A stretch of DNA of 64,000 nt from an uncultured virus (IMG/VR IMGVR_UViG_3300020048_000030) (IMGVR_UViG_3300020048_000030); one strand, 5' to 3'. Positions 9,211-19,455 are shown, numbered from the stretch's first letter. The notes: a model not told the origin generated them from the sequence alone. Program-made: numbers and translations.

Positions 9211-9819
9211 TTAATGGTGACTAATTTTAGACATGGTAATTGGGTTAAGAATGTCACTATGTTCAATAAATGACATAAGTGAACCATTATTATCACTATA
9301 ACTTAATGTTAAAAATATATCAGTATTTAATGATTGTTCTTTAATAGATTTAATTATAAGTTCGCCCATCTTATTACCAATTTCTTCTTCTTCTTCATAT
9401 AAACTATTAATCAATCCTTTACTAGATTCATCATTTTTTTGTTCACCATATGCATTAGTTATATCTCTAGCAACCATTTTATATCGTCTTTTAAGCTTAT
9501 TATATTCTTCCTTATTAGAAGAAGTAATTTTACTATCATATTCATCAAGACTATATTCTGATATAGAAAATTCTTCACCACTAATACTTTCAATAGAATT
9601 ATTTCTATTTTGACCTAATTCATCAATTACATCATTATAAATAATTTCAATTATTCTTCTTGTTGGAAAAGCTTCATCATCATAATAAGTAAGTACCATA
9701 GGATCTTCATCACCTAAAAGCATTTTCTTCATATCTTGATATGAAGTAGGATAATGTGGAAGTTTAAGTATAAAACTACTTGAACTACTATTACTTACAA
9801 AACCATTTCTAATTTTCAT
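9211..9819 (-). CDS. MKIRNGFVSNSSSSSF-leader family protein
   Basis: Shares the leader with 6384..6785. Confidence 0.75.
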   Translation of the reverse strand: MKIRNGFVSNSSSSSFILKLPHYPTSYQDMKKMLLGDEDPMVLTYYDDEAFPTRRIIEIIYNDVIDELGQNRNNSIESISGEEFSISEYSLDEYDSKITSSNKEEYNKLKRRYKMVARDITNAYGEQKNDESSKGLINSLYEEEEEIGNKMGELIIKSIKEQSLNTDIFLTLSYSDNNGSLMSFIEHSDILNPITMSKISHH

Positions 9820-10114
9820 ATATTTTATTTTTTAATTTTATTAATTTTTCCTTTCTAATTTCATTATTAGACCAATCTTTACAAGGTATTTTCTTTTCCA
9901 TTACACTAAAGTAATAAGATGATGATCCAACTTTATTTGGCAAACCATTATAATGTATTTTACAATATTGTGAATCATTATAATCATAATAATTATCACA
10001 AGTGAAACAATGTCTATTAGATGGATTAAATACACATTTTATTTCATGTACTTCTATCTTATCCTTATTAATATCAACTGTAATACAATATTCACATTTC
10101 CAAACTAATTTCAT
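9809..10114 (-). CDS. Cys-rich zinc-binding protein with RxxKL tail
   Basis: CEYC, HEIKC, CFTC; ends IRKEKLIKL. Confidence 0.7.
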   Translation of the reverse strand: MKLVWKCEYCITVDINKDKIEVHEIKCVFNPSNRHCFTCDNYYDYNDSQYCKIHYNGLPNKVGSSSYYFSVMEKKIPCKDWSNNEIRKEKLIKLKNKIYEN

Positions 10115-10154
10115 TTTTTAATTTTAAATACAAAGATAATAAATTATTTTTGAA

Positions 10155-10562
10155 TTAAGAAATATTTTTAATCATTTCTTCAAATCGCCAGAAAATTCTT
10201 GAAAGAGCTTCATCTCTATCAACAAATCCAGCCCAATCTACTTCTTTTTTTTCTAATTTATTCTGATTAATTACAATTTCTATTTTAGGTTCTACAATAA
10301 AGTAATATAATATTTTATATACTTTTCCCTTTTCATTAGTATATTCTATAATATTAGGTTTCTTTTTGTTTTTAACATCTTTAACCTCTATTTTAATCCC
10401 TATTTCTTCTTTTGTTTCTCTTATTGCTGCATCTAATAAAGATTCACCTTCTTCTACTTTTCCTTTAGGTATTGTATAAGTACCATACCATGGTGCATTT
10501 GTTGGGTGTGCAAGTAATATTCTATTTTGTTGAACAATAAGTAGTCCGGCTGAAATTTCCAT
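10155..10562 (-). CDS. NUDIX hydrolase
   Basis: Nudix box PKGKVEEGESLLDAAIRETKEEIG. Confidence 0.92.
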   Translation of the reverse strand: MEISAGLLIVQQNRILLAHPTNAPWYGTYTIPKGKVEEGESLLDAAIRETKEEIGIKIEVKDVKNKKKPNIIEYTNEKGKVYKILYYFIVEPKIEIVINQNKLEKKEVDWAGFVDRDEALSRIFWRFEEMIKNIS

Positions 10563-10595
10563 TTAATTTAATTTTTCTTTTATATATAAAAATAA

Positions 10596-11096
10596 TTACT
10601 TCATCAGTTTCCTAATTTCAATTAATTTTGTACATCTTTTATATGGAATTAAATCAGATTCAAACTTAAGTTCTAATCCATATATTGCTTGTTTAACAAT
10701 GTAATGTAATCCACTAATTTGACTATTTTCATTAATAAATTTAGGGGAAGAATATAAGGTATTATATGTTTCTACTAATTTATTAGGATTTATAAATGAT
10801 TCAGTAATACAATATACAGCAAATAACATATTAATATCATCTGATGAAATATTACCTTTTTTAATATGCCACTTATTCAAATAATATTCTAAAGTACCTT
10901 TAAAATGTTTAATAGTATAATTATCCATTGATGTAATAAATAAACCATCTACAATATCTACTTTATCAGGTAAAGAATTAAATACTCTAAAGTATTTTTC
11001 ATTAATATAATCTAATGATTGTTCATGCCATTGTGTATGGTAGAAATAAGTAACAAAAAGATTTATTACTTTATTATATGTTAAATAATTATTCAT
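10596..11096 (-). CDS. hypothetical protein with RxxKL tail
   Basis: Ends KRCTKLIEIRKL; TATCTTTG lies 4 nt before the ATG. Confidence 0.65.
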   Translation of the reverse strand: MNNYLTYNKVINLFVTYFYHTQWHEQSLDYINEKYFRVFNSLPDKVDIVDGLFITSMDNYTIKHFKGTLEYYLNKWHIKKGNISSDDINMLFAVYCITESFINPNKLVETYNTLYSSPKFINENSQISGLHYIVKQAIYGLELKFESDLIPYKRCTKLIEIRKLMK

Positions 11097-11126
11097 TTTA
11101 CAAAGATAAGAAAAAAAATTAATATA

Positions 11127-12620
11127 TTATAATTTTTTTAAGATTAAATCACCTTCAGTATCTTTATATGTAGAATGTTTAACTGACCTTTTTGGAATCC
11201 AATCAGTATCTTTTTTAGTTGTATCAATATAAACTTTAATTGCATCATCTTTAAATAGATAACCATCTTTTTTTGATAAGACTGTATCTTTTTTATAATA
11301 GTAAGTATCATTATAATCACAAAATACCATATTATCATTTATATATGTTTGAGTAGCCCAACCATTATAATGTGTTAAATATACTGCATCATCTTTTGGT
11401 AATTCAACTTTATCACCTATTGTTGTAGTTACAATGAATTCATCATATCTATCTTTTGGTACCCATTCTTTATAATACTTAATAAATATTGCATCTTCTT
11501 TTTTTCTAATTTTATCAATATCATTTGTATATCTATCAAATCCAATTTCACACATTACATATTTACTACTAATTTCATATATATTTATATATTCATTATA
11601 CCTATCACTCCATTCACAATCTCTTGGTTCACCTGATGTTTCAACTAATCTAACATTAGATATTTCTACATTAGAAATTACTTTTTCTTCTTGGTCTAAA
11701 TATTGTAATGTGTCTAAATATGGATAATATCTATTTAAGGTAATATCACATACTTCTAATGTTCTAAATTTAGAACTACTATCTTTAGGATCAATTATTT
11801 TTTCTTCACCATAAGTTTGATATGATTTATATAACCATTCATTTTTCTTAGCATAATCAATAAAAAAATTAACTTGGTAATCATCAACAGTATATATTCT
11901 ATCCATAAATATTCTATTTTCTGGTAAATCTAAATGCCATACTAATGCCCTACCTATTATTTTTTCTTTTTTATCATCTTCAAATAAAATAAGCATCTGA
12001 ATTTTTTCATTTTTTGCATAAAATTCAATATAATCATCACAATATTCAGCCATACAAGAATTACCTAATGTTGTATCTCTACTATCTTCACTATAATTAT
12101 CATTTTTATACCAATAAACTATATCAGAACCAGAAACCAATTCAAATAAATTATTAATATTGTCTTTATCAAATGCTGCTTTATATTCATTAACAAATGA
12201 TTCTATATCTTCACCTGGTTTACCACTATCTGCAAATTCATTATCAAATATTTTTTTAACTAATTTTCCAACTTTAATTGTTGACCTATATTTATTCCAT
12301 AAATCATTATTAGAATGATTATATTTAATAAAATGTAATAATTTTACATCATTTTTTTCTATATTATTATAATTTGCTAAATATTCAATAATTTTAGGTG
12401 ATGTTGTAAAACTAACTTTATCATTATCCTCAGTTACATCTATATATGTTATAGGTTTATTTTCATTTTCACTATTCATAATTTTTTTAGCAATAGGATG
12501 GTCAATTTTCATCATTATCCTAAGAAATTCTTCACTAAAAAGAAATGGCATTGTTCCATCTGATACACTTTCTAATAAAAAATTAAATAAAAAATCATTA
12601 TAACCATTAACTCTAATCAT
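11127..12620 (-). CDS. SCM/GRALxW/FMDRIY family protein, paralog 1
   Basis: GNSCM, IIGRALVW, FMDRIY, YPYLDT; shared with three other ORFs. Confidence 0.8.
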   Translation of the reverse strand: MIRVNGYNDFLFNFLLESVSDGTMPFLFSEEFLRIMMKIDHPIAKKIMNSENENKPITYIDVTEDNDKVSFTTSPKIIEYLANYNNIEKNDVKLLHFIKYNHSNNDLWNKYRSTIKVGKLVKKIFDNEFADSGKPGEDIESFVNEYKAAFDKDNINNLFELVSGSDIVYWYKNDNYSEDSRDTTLGNSCMAEYCDDYIEFYAKNEKIQMLILFEDDKKEKIIGRALVWHLDLPENRIFMDRIYTVDDYQVNFFIDYAKKNEWLYKSYQTYGEEKIIDPKDSSSKFRTLEVCDITLNRYYPYLDTLQYLDQEEKVISNVEISNVRLVETSGEPRDCEWSDRYNEYINIYEISSKYVMCEIGFDRYTNDIDKIRKKEDAIFIKYYKEWVPKDRYDEFIVTTTIGDKVELPKDDAVYLTHYNGWATQTYINDNMVFCDYNDTYYYKKDTVLSKKDGYLFKDDAIKVYIDTTKKDTDWIPKRSVKHSTYKDTEGDLILKKL

Positions 12621-14283
12621 TGAAATCTATTCTTTTTTGTCCAAATAATTCATCTTTCATACTAGAATCATATTCATAATACCATTTACCTTTATATTTA
12701 AATAATTTATCTTTATCCCATATTATATGTTTATATGCAGTATTCCAACTATCATTACTTAAATTAATGTTAACAAAATAATCACCATAATCATTTTTAT
12801 CAAAATAATAAGTATCACCATCTTTTTCATATTCAATAACACTATGACCAATTTCATCATTATGTCTTACATCATATGATTCTTTTACATCATCTATACT
12901 ATCATTATCTGCACCTTCTGCCATAGGTATTGAATTATCATTGGTAATATAATCATTATGATATTCAGACCAAATTGAATCATCTTGTTCTAAATAAGTA
13001 TCTTCATAATCAGACCAATTCAAATGTCTTTCAACATATCTTTCTGTTGCATACCTACCTAAATTCGATATATAAATTGCATCATCATTTGTACGATAAT
13101 CATCACCTAACTCACAATATGTGACTTCATCTTCATCAAAATACTCACCATAATATTCAATATATATTCTATCATCATTTTCATCTTCTACGTCTGTATA
13201 ACCACCACCAGTATCTTCTAAAAAATATATTGTTTCATCATGACTACTTGGTTCTTTATTTGTTAGATAATTACTATTTACATAAAACCATTTTAATGTG
13301 TCCATATATGGATATTGATGTGTACTTGCTGGATGAAATGTTTTTAATGTTCTTAATGTTTTACTATCTGAAAAATCTTTATTCATTGGATCAACAATAT
13401 CAGCAATATTACTACTATTTTGATTCTTTTTATATAACCAACCTTCTTTTTCTGCATACTCTTTAAATAATGTCATATCTGTTTCATAACGATAATAAAT
13501 TCTGTCCATAAATGTTCTTCCACTTGGATATGATAATTCCCAAACTAACGCTCTACCAACAATTTTATCTTCAAATCCTTCTCTATCAGAAAATAATATT
13601 AATAATTTAACATCATTTTGTGCATAAAATTCAATATAATCTGAACAACTAGAATGTCTCATACAAGAAGTAGCTAATGTACCAATACTATCACCATTTT
13701 CATTCCTACTATCATACATATTATAATTATAATAATTAACAATATCATCATTACTAACTAATTTAAATCTATTATTTGATGAAGACCTTTTTGCGATTAT
13801 TGTTTGTACAAATGATTCAATATCTTCACCTGGATTTCCACCACTAACAAATTCTTTAGGAAATACTTTATTTATAAATGCACCAATTCTTATAGATGCT
13901 CTATTTTTAAACCAAAAATCTTGTAAATAAGTATCCGGTCCCGGTGTTGTTGTTACCATTGATTTAACAGTTTTTTCTTTATCTAAATCTTTAATTTGAT
14001 CCCCATATTGTTTCAATATATTATCATAAACTTTATTAGAATTAACTAAAGAAAAATAATTATCTTTTTCTTCATCAAGGTCAACAAAAGTTACTTTTTC
14101 TTCCTTTCTACTTTTATCAAGTTCTAATATTCTTGTAGAAATTGTATGATTGATTGATTGTAACATTTTTCTTAATTTATCACTTATTACAAATGGTAAT
14201 TCACTTACACCATTACCCCTTTGTGTAACATTTTCAAATATTAAACCAATTAAAAAATCATTGTAATCTTTTACTTTATTCAT
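12613..14283 (-). CDS. SCM/GRALxW/FMDRIY family protein, paralog 2
   Basis: TSCM, IVGRALVW, FMDRIY, YPYMDT; acidic aromatic C-terminal region. Confidence 0.8.
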   Translation of the reverse strand: MNKVKDYNDFLIGLIFENVTQRGNGVSELPFVISDKLRKMLQSINHTISTRILELDKSRKEEKVTFVDLDEEKDNYFSLVNSNKVYDNILKQYGDQIKDLDKEKTVKSMVTTTPGPDTYLQDFWFKNRASIRIGAFINKVFPKEFVSGGNPGEDIESFVQTIIAKRSSSNNRFKLVSNDDIVNYYNYNMYDSRNENGDSIGTLATSCMRHSSCSDYIEFYAQNDVKLLILFSDREGFEDKIVGRALVWELSYPSGRTFMDRIYYRYETDMTLFKEYAEKEGWLYKKNQNSSNIADIVDPMNKDFSDSKTLRTLKTFHPASTHQYPYMDTLKWFYVNSNYLTNKEPSSHDETIYFLEDTGGGYTDVEDENDDRIYIEYYGEYFDEDEVTYCELGDDYRTNDDAIYISNLGRYATERYVERHLNWSDYEDTYLEQDDSIWSEYHNDYITNDNSIPMAEGADNDSIDDVKESYDVRHNDEIGHSVIEYEKDGDTYYFDKNDYGDYFVNINLSNDSWNTAYKHIIWDKDKLFKYKGKWYYEYDSSMKDELFGQKRIDFND

Positions 14284-15873
14284 TTAAAAATCTATTCTTT
14301 TTTGTCCTATTAATTTATCTTTTTTCTCAGGATTATCATTTAAATATTTCTTACCCTTATATATAAATATTTTATCTTTATCCCATATCTTATGTACATA
14401 TATATTCTTATTTAATTTTAAACTAAATACATTTTCAAAATTATCATCATCTTCTTTACTAAAATAATAGTAATAACCATTTTTATCCATGTATCTAATA
14501 AAATAATTAGTATAATTACTATCTATATAATCTAGATTATCAAAATTTATTTTATTAATATCATCTACATTAGATGCACCAGGATTAAATACTTCAATTG
14601 AATTATCTGTTGATATATAATCACCATGATATTCTGAATAAGTTGATTCATCATTTTCAATATAAGAATCTTCTATATCTGAATATACCATATTATTATC
14701 AACATAATTTTGTGTTGCATATTCACCATATTGTTCAATCCATATAGCTTCATCAGAAGGTACACTATCATTACCTAATTCACAATATATATAATCAGCA
14801 TCGACGTCGTCATCTCCACCATTACTAGTATAACCACCACTAGTACTTTCTAAAAAATAATAATCATCATCAAGTACAGTATTAGATAAACAACCAATTT
14901 CATAATAAAAATATTTCATTGTATCCATATAAGGATAAAATCTATTTTTTTCAAAACTATCTACTGTTTCTAATGACATTCTTGATCGTTCATTTGTTGT
15001 TGAATCAACTATTTCTTCATCACTATACATATTTTGTTCATACTTATATAACCAATTATTTCTTTTTGCATATTCTTTAAATATTAATGTATCACTATTT
15101 TGTATAGAATAAATTCTATCCATAAATTTCCTATCAACTTCTTCACCATCTATTTTTACTATATCCCATAATAATGCTCTACCAATTATTTTATCTTCTT
15201 CATTTTCTGACATTAATATTACAAGTTTAACTCCTTTATTATTTGCATAAAAATCAATATAACTATGACATTTGTTATAACGCATACAAGAACTACCTAA
15301 TATTGATCCAGATGAATTAGATGAATATGATGATTCATTATAATATTTTTTAATATCTTCACCTTCAACAATTTTAAATCTTGAAAATGTATCTTCTTTT
15401 TTCTTTATTTCAAATTTAACTAAATTGGTAAATGATTCTATATCTTTACCTGGTTTACCAGAAGCATCATATTTATTTGGATATATTTTACTTATTAATT
15501 TACCTATTTTAATAGAACTTCTATATTTAGTCCATATTTCAGGTTTATCTAATCCAAACATTTTAAGATTAGAACTAGTATTTAAATATTCTTTATAATT
15601 AGGTAATTCTTTTTCAGTATAATCTATTAATTTAGATGGAATTGTATAGGTAAAATTACTAATCTCTTTATCATCCAAATCAATTAATGTTGCCTTATCA
15701 CTTTTCACATTATTATAACTATCATTAATCTCATATAATTCATATGCAATAGGGTGTTCTATATTTGACAATAATTCTTTTAATCTGTTACTGATAATAA
15801 TAGTAGTTTCTTTACCGTTACTTTCAAATATTTTATTAAAAATATAATCTTCAAATGTATTTAATTTTTTCAT
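14284..15873 (-). CDS. SCM/GRALxW/FMDRIY family protein, paralog 3
   Basis: GSSCM, IIGRALLW, FMDRIY, YPYMDT. Confidence 0.8.
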   Translation of the reverse strand: MKKLNTFEDYIFNKIFESNGKETTIIISNRLKELLSNIEHPIAYELYEINDSYNNVKSDKATLIDLDDKEISNFTYTIPSKLIDYTEKELPNYKEYLNTSSNLKMFGLDKPEIWTKYRSSIKIGKLISKIYPNKYDASGKPGKDIESFTNLVKFEIKKKEDTFSRFKIVEGEDIKKYYNESSYSSNSSGSILGSSCMRYNKCHSYIDFYANNKGVKLVILMSENEEDKIIGRALLWDIVKIDGEEVDRKFMDRIYSIQNSDTLIFKEYAKRNNWLYKYEQNMYSDEEIVDSTTNERSRMSLETVDSFEKNRFYPYMDTMKYFYYEIGCLSNTVLDDDYYFLESTSGGYTSNGGDDDVDADYIYCELGNDSVPSDEAIWIEQYGEYATQNYVDNNMVYSDIEDSYIENDESTYSEYHGDYISTDNSIEVFNPGASNVDDINKINFDNLDYIDSNYTNYFIRYMDKNGYYYYFSKEDDDNFENVFSLKLNKNIYVHKIWDKDKIFIYKGKKYLNDNPEKKDKLIGQKRIDF

Positions 15874-15911
15874 AATTTATATAAATTTTTATACCTAATA
15901 TATATAAAATA

Positions 15912-15944
15912 AAAAAACCTCACTTTATAATAAAGTGAGGTTTT
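15912..15944. terminator. intrinsic terminator
   Basis: AAAACCTCACTTTA-taa-TAAAGTGAGGTTTT hairpin with A/T tracts. Confidence 0.8.
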
Positions 15945-16434
15945 AAAAAATTAAATTTCTTTTTAGTTGATCTCTATGTGAATGTCTTACTTTTTTAGGT
16001 TGATAAATTATTCTTTTATTACAACCAATTGTCCATGTACTACCATTTAGTATAATATTAGATGCACTATCATATTGAAAACCATACCAATAATTTGACC
16101 AATCTTCTAATCCATCATATAATTTTCTTAAATAAACATATCTTTCTTGATCACTATTAAAATATTTTTTCAATTCATAACCCATTCTATCTAAGTTAGG
16201 TAATACTATTTCATCATCTTTTAAAATACCAAATGATTCATTCCAAGATGATTTTACATTTAACCCATTAGCACTATTATGAATAATTGTTTTATTTTTA
16301 AAAAAATTTGATTCAAATTCTTGGTCTTTATCAATAACTCTTATATGAACCCAAAAAAGTTGTAAAGCATTATAAATACCTATAAAATTAGATTGTTTTA
16401 ATCTTATATCTAATTGTAACTTAATATTTTTCAT
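15943..16434 (-). CDS. hypothetical protein
   Basis: ORF track. Confidence 0.65.
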   Translation of the reverse strand: MKNIKLQLDIRLKQSNFIGIYNALQLFWVHIRVIDKDQEFESNFFKNKTIIHNSANGLNVKSSWNESFGILKDDEIVLPNLDRMGYELKKYFNSDQERYVYLRKLYDGLEDWSNYWYGFQYDSASNIILNGSTWTIGCNKRIIYQPKKVRHSHRDQLKRNLIF

Positions 16435-17643
16435 TTAAGAATGGTTTTTTAGAAAATCAGTAACATATTTTACATATTCTGTATCATTTGGTGATTTTTC
16501 AATTACTCTTTTTACCGCAGGAATTATTTCCCCTTGCTTTGCTATCTCTACTTTACAACCGGGATATACTTCATTTTCAATAATCCAACCAAGATTATAT
16601 AAACTAGCATGTTTAACAATTGTACCATCTAATTCAACTGGTTTAAATAGTGCTACTGGTGTATATTCACCATCCTTACCTAATTTCCACAAAACATTTT
16701 CAAGGTAAGTAATTACTCTATTAGGTGGGAATTTAACTGCACACGCGTAATGTGGATGATGGTTATTAGCTCCCAGAGTATCCCAATATTCAGATGAAAA
16801 TGATAATACAATACCATCTAATGCATACTTTGAAGTTGTTCTATAATCTTTAAATTTAGGATATATATTAGCAAAAAAATCATCAACACTAACTGTATCC
16901 ATATTAAATATTTTTTGAAAACCTAAACTAGAAAGGATTTCTAATTGATTTTTTGGTTTAATAGTATCTGAACCATTGTTAATAGTAATGTGATATGCAA
17001 CAAAATCAATATCCTTCATAATATTAATATCTATTTCTTCTTTACCAATAACACCAGCTAACCAATTTCTTGGATTATCAACCTTATTAGGATCAGAATA
17101 TTTCTTTTCCCATAATTCAGTAGAAATAATAACTTCACCCCTAATGGTAATTCTATCATGAATTAGATTACCTAATTTATTAGGAACAATAAGTTTCATA
17201 TGTTCTGTTCTATCTAAACCACCTAATTCATTTCCCCTTGTAATACTTTGTGTTAAAACACCATTAAGATAAATCAATTCCATTGAATTACCATCAAATT
17301 TAGGTGTACAGTTTACAACAGTGTTTGGAACTTTATTGAAAAAATTAGAAATATCAATAGGAAATACTTCAATATCATTATCCATTGATGCTTGGTACTT
17401 TTTGAGTGAAAGCATAGGATATTGATGTTGAAAACGAATACCTCTTTCACCAACAGATAATTCATCAATTAAATCATATTTTTTAAGAATTTCCATATTA
17501 GGAGAACCTAATACAAATGGAAGTAATGAACCAAGTGATTTAAGTTCATCTTCTAATTTATCAAAAGTTACATCAGATACTTCTGTTTGTCCATTGTAGT
17601 ATAAATACTTCCATTTTAAATAAGTTCTTTCTTTCTGATACAT
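16435..17643 (-). CDS. ligA: NAD-dependent DNA ligase (adenylation + OB domains only)
   Basis: YYNGQTEVSDVTFD, PMLSL, PKFDG (KxDG), TRG, RGEV, NPRN, DGIV, AVKF, ASLYN; start set at MYQKER, downstream of a TATCTTTG motif. Confidence 0.9.
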   Translation of the reverse strand: MYQKERTYLKWKYLYYNGQTEVSDVTFDKLEDELKSLGSLLPFVLGSPNMEILKKYDLIDELSVGERGIRFQHQYPMLSLKKYQASMDNDIEVFPIDISNFFNKVPNTVVNCTPKFDGNSMELIYLNGVLTQSITRGNELGGLDRTEHMKLIVPNKLGNLIHDRITIRGEVIISTELWEKKYSDPNKVDNPRNWLAGVIGKEEIDINIMKDIDFVAYHITINNGSDTIKPKNQLEILSSLGFQKIFNMDTVSVDDFFANIYPKFKDYRTTSKYALDGIVLSFSSEYWDTLGANNHHPHYACAVKFPPNRVITYLENVLWKLGKDGEYTPVALFKPVELDGTIVKHASLYNLGWIIENEVYPGCKVEIAKQGEIIPAVKRVIEKSPNDTEYVKYVTDFLKNHS

Positions 17644-17701
17644 AATATTTTTATTAAGATTTTGTTCTACAAAGATAATACAATTATATAAAATAAACAA
17701 A

Positions 17702-17860
17702 TTATTTAAACAAATTATTTTTAATTTTTAAGATTTTTTTCTTTCTAATAATCATAGGTTCATTAATAATATAACATTGTATACAATAATTATCCATCAT
17801 CTTATATTTTTGATAACTTAATTTACAATAAGGACAAATAATATAATCAGTTTGTTTCAT
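17702..17860 (-). CDS. small zinc-ribbon protein with RxxKI tail
   Basis: MKQTDYIICPYC...CIQC...IRKKKILKI; start corrected, TATCTTTG-TAAA-ATG. Confidence 0.65.
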   Translation of the reverse strand: MKQTDYIICPYCKLSYQKYKMMDNYCIQCYIINEPMIIRKKKILKIKNNLFK

Positions 17861-17955
17861 TTTACAAAGATAAATATAAAATATGATAATATAAAATAAA
17901 TATATAATATAAAATAAANNNNNNNNNNNNNNNNNNNNNNNNNNNNNNNNNAAAA

Positions 17956-19416
17956 ATGTCACAAAAAATTAAAAATAAGCAATTTGAGGTAATTAGTGAT
18001 TTTGATTTTAATGTAAATAGATTAATTAATTTAGCAAATCCTATTGATATAACAGATGCAACAAATAAAGATTATGTCGATACTAATGCAATTAATTATT
18101 CTATTGGTACTGGTTTATTTAGTGGGTGTACTATTACCATAAGTGGTGATACCCATTTTTCTATTTCATCAGGTATTTGTTATTTTGTTGATTGTATAAC
18201 AAAAAAATCCACAAAATTAATATTCACAGGTGCTACTTATGTACCTTTAATGACACTTGGGTTAACTGATATTACTGTATCAATTGGTATTTTACCTAAT
18301 GGTAGTGTATTTCAACAAATACCATTCTTTTCTTCTTATCAAAGAAGAACTATGATATGTTTAGGTGAATTGATGGTAGATCCATTTACACAATTATTAA
18401 GTTATGTTAGATATCGACCTGTATTTAGTTGGGATACTTCTACTTATGTTGATAGTGCAATGAATGAAGGTATAAACAATATTGCAGGGAATACTATAAG
18501 TAGTAGTGGTTCATCATTAATGATGAATGTTTCAAGTGGTGTAATGTATGGTTATTCTATAAATGCAGGAAGGTCATGTTATGATCCAAATACATCTACA
18601 TTTTTAAGTGAAAATGCATTTAATTTTACTACTTGTTTTCATAATGGTACTGAATGGATATATCAGTCATCTGGTAATACAATAACACCGGGATTATATT
18701 CAAATGGTACATCAACATTACAAACAGTTGCAAGTAATAAATGGAGTGTTAGATTAATAATGAGGGGTGCATTAAATGGAACTATGTGGATTTCATACCC
18801 AACACAAGGTAGTTATTATAATCATTCAGATAGTGCAATTGCAGATTTAGAAAATTTATTTATAACAATACCAGATGAATTATTTGGTAATGTATTGGCA
18901 TGTGCTTTTCTAATTGTTAGGGGTGGTGCAACTGATTTATCAACTACTTCCGATGGGGTTTTTATACCAGTTAAATCTATGACTATTGCAGCTGGTGGTT
19001 CTATGACTATTTTAGCAACAGATGTTGTATTTGATAATAGTACAACTACTAACTTAACTTCTATTAATACACAAGATGCTTTAGTAGAAATTAATGATAA
19101 AATAGAAAATTTAAATTATTCTTCAAACAATAAAGATATGCCTGCAAATTCTGGTGTAAGTGGAAATTATTTAGCAACTAATACATCAATAACTGATATA
19201 CCAAGAACAATGGTAAGGGTTACAGTAAATTCAATAGAAATAATTGTTGGTAATGGTGTAAAAACAAATTGGTGTTATTTTTCGGGAGATGGTGGTACAA
19301 CTGCAAAAACTTATGCTAATATAACACAAGGTGATTCATTATATTGGTGTGGTGATGTTGCACCTTATCAATTAGAAACTAATGATACAATAACATTTAT
19401 TTATATGACATACTAA
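17956..19416 (+). CDS. putative virion structural / tail-fibre-associated protein
   Basis: NLANPIDITDATNKDYVD and TSINTQDALVEI fibre-type motifs; G/S/T-rich beta composition. Confidence 0.6.
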   Translation: MSQKIKNKQFEVISDFDFNVNRLINLANPIDITDATNKDYVDTNAINYSIGTGLFSGCTITISGDTHFSISSGICYFVDCITKKSTKLIFTGATYVPLMTLGLTDITVSIGILPNGSVFQQIPFFSSYQRRTMICLGELMVDPFTQLLSYVRYRPVFSWDTSTYVDSAMNEGINNIAGNTISSSGSSLMMNVSSGVMYGYSINAGRSCYDPNTSTFLSENAFNFTTCFHNGTEWIYQSSGNTITPGLYSNGTSTLQTVASNKWSVRLIMRGALNGTMWISYPTQGSYYNHSDSAIADLENLFITIPDELFGNVLACAFLIVRGGATDLSTTSDGVFIPVKSMTIAAGGSMTILATDVVFDNSTTTNLTSINTQDALVEINDKIENLNYSSNNKDMPANSGVSGNYLATNTSITDIPRTMVRVTVNSIEIIVGNGVKTNWCYFSGDGGTTAKTYANITQGDSLYWCGDVAPYQLETNDTITFIYMTY

Positions 19417-19421
19417 AATAT

Positions 19422-19453
19422 AAAAAATCCCCATCAAATTGAAAGGGATTTTT
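19422..19453. terminator. intrinsic terminator between convergent genes
   Basis: AAAAATCCC...GGGATTTTT inverted repeat. Confidence 0.65.
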
Positions 19454-19455
19454 CA

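Noticed and set aside
17861..17962. Hydrophobic N-terminal extension of ORF 17702..17962
   Set aside because: It is translated AT-rich promoter DNA across an N-gap; the real start is probably 17860
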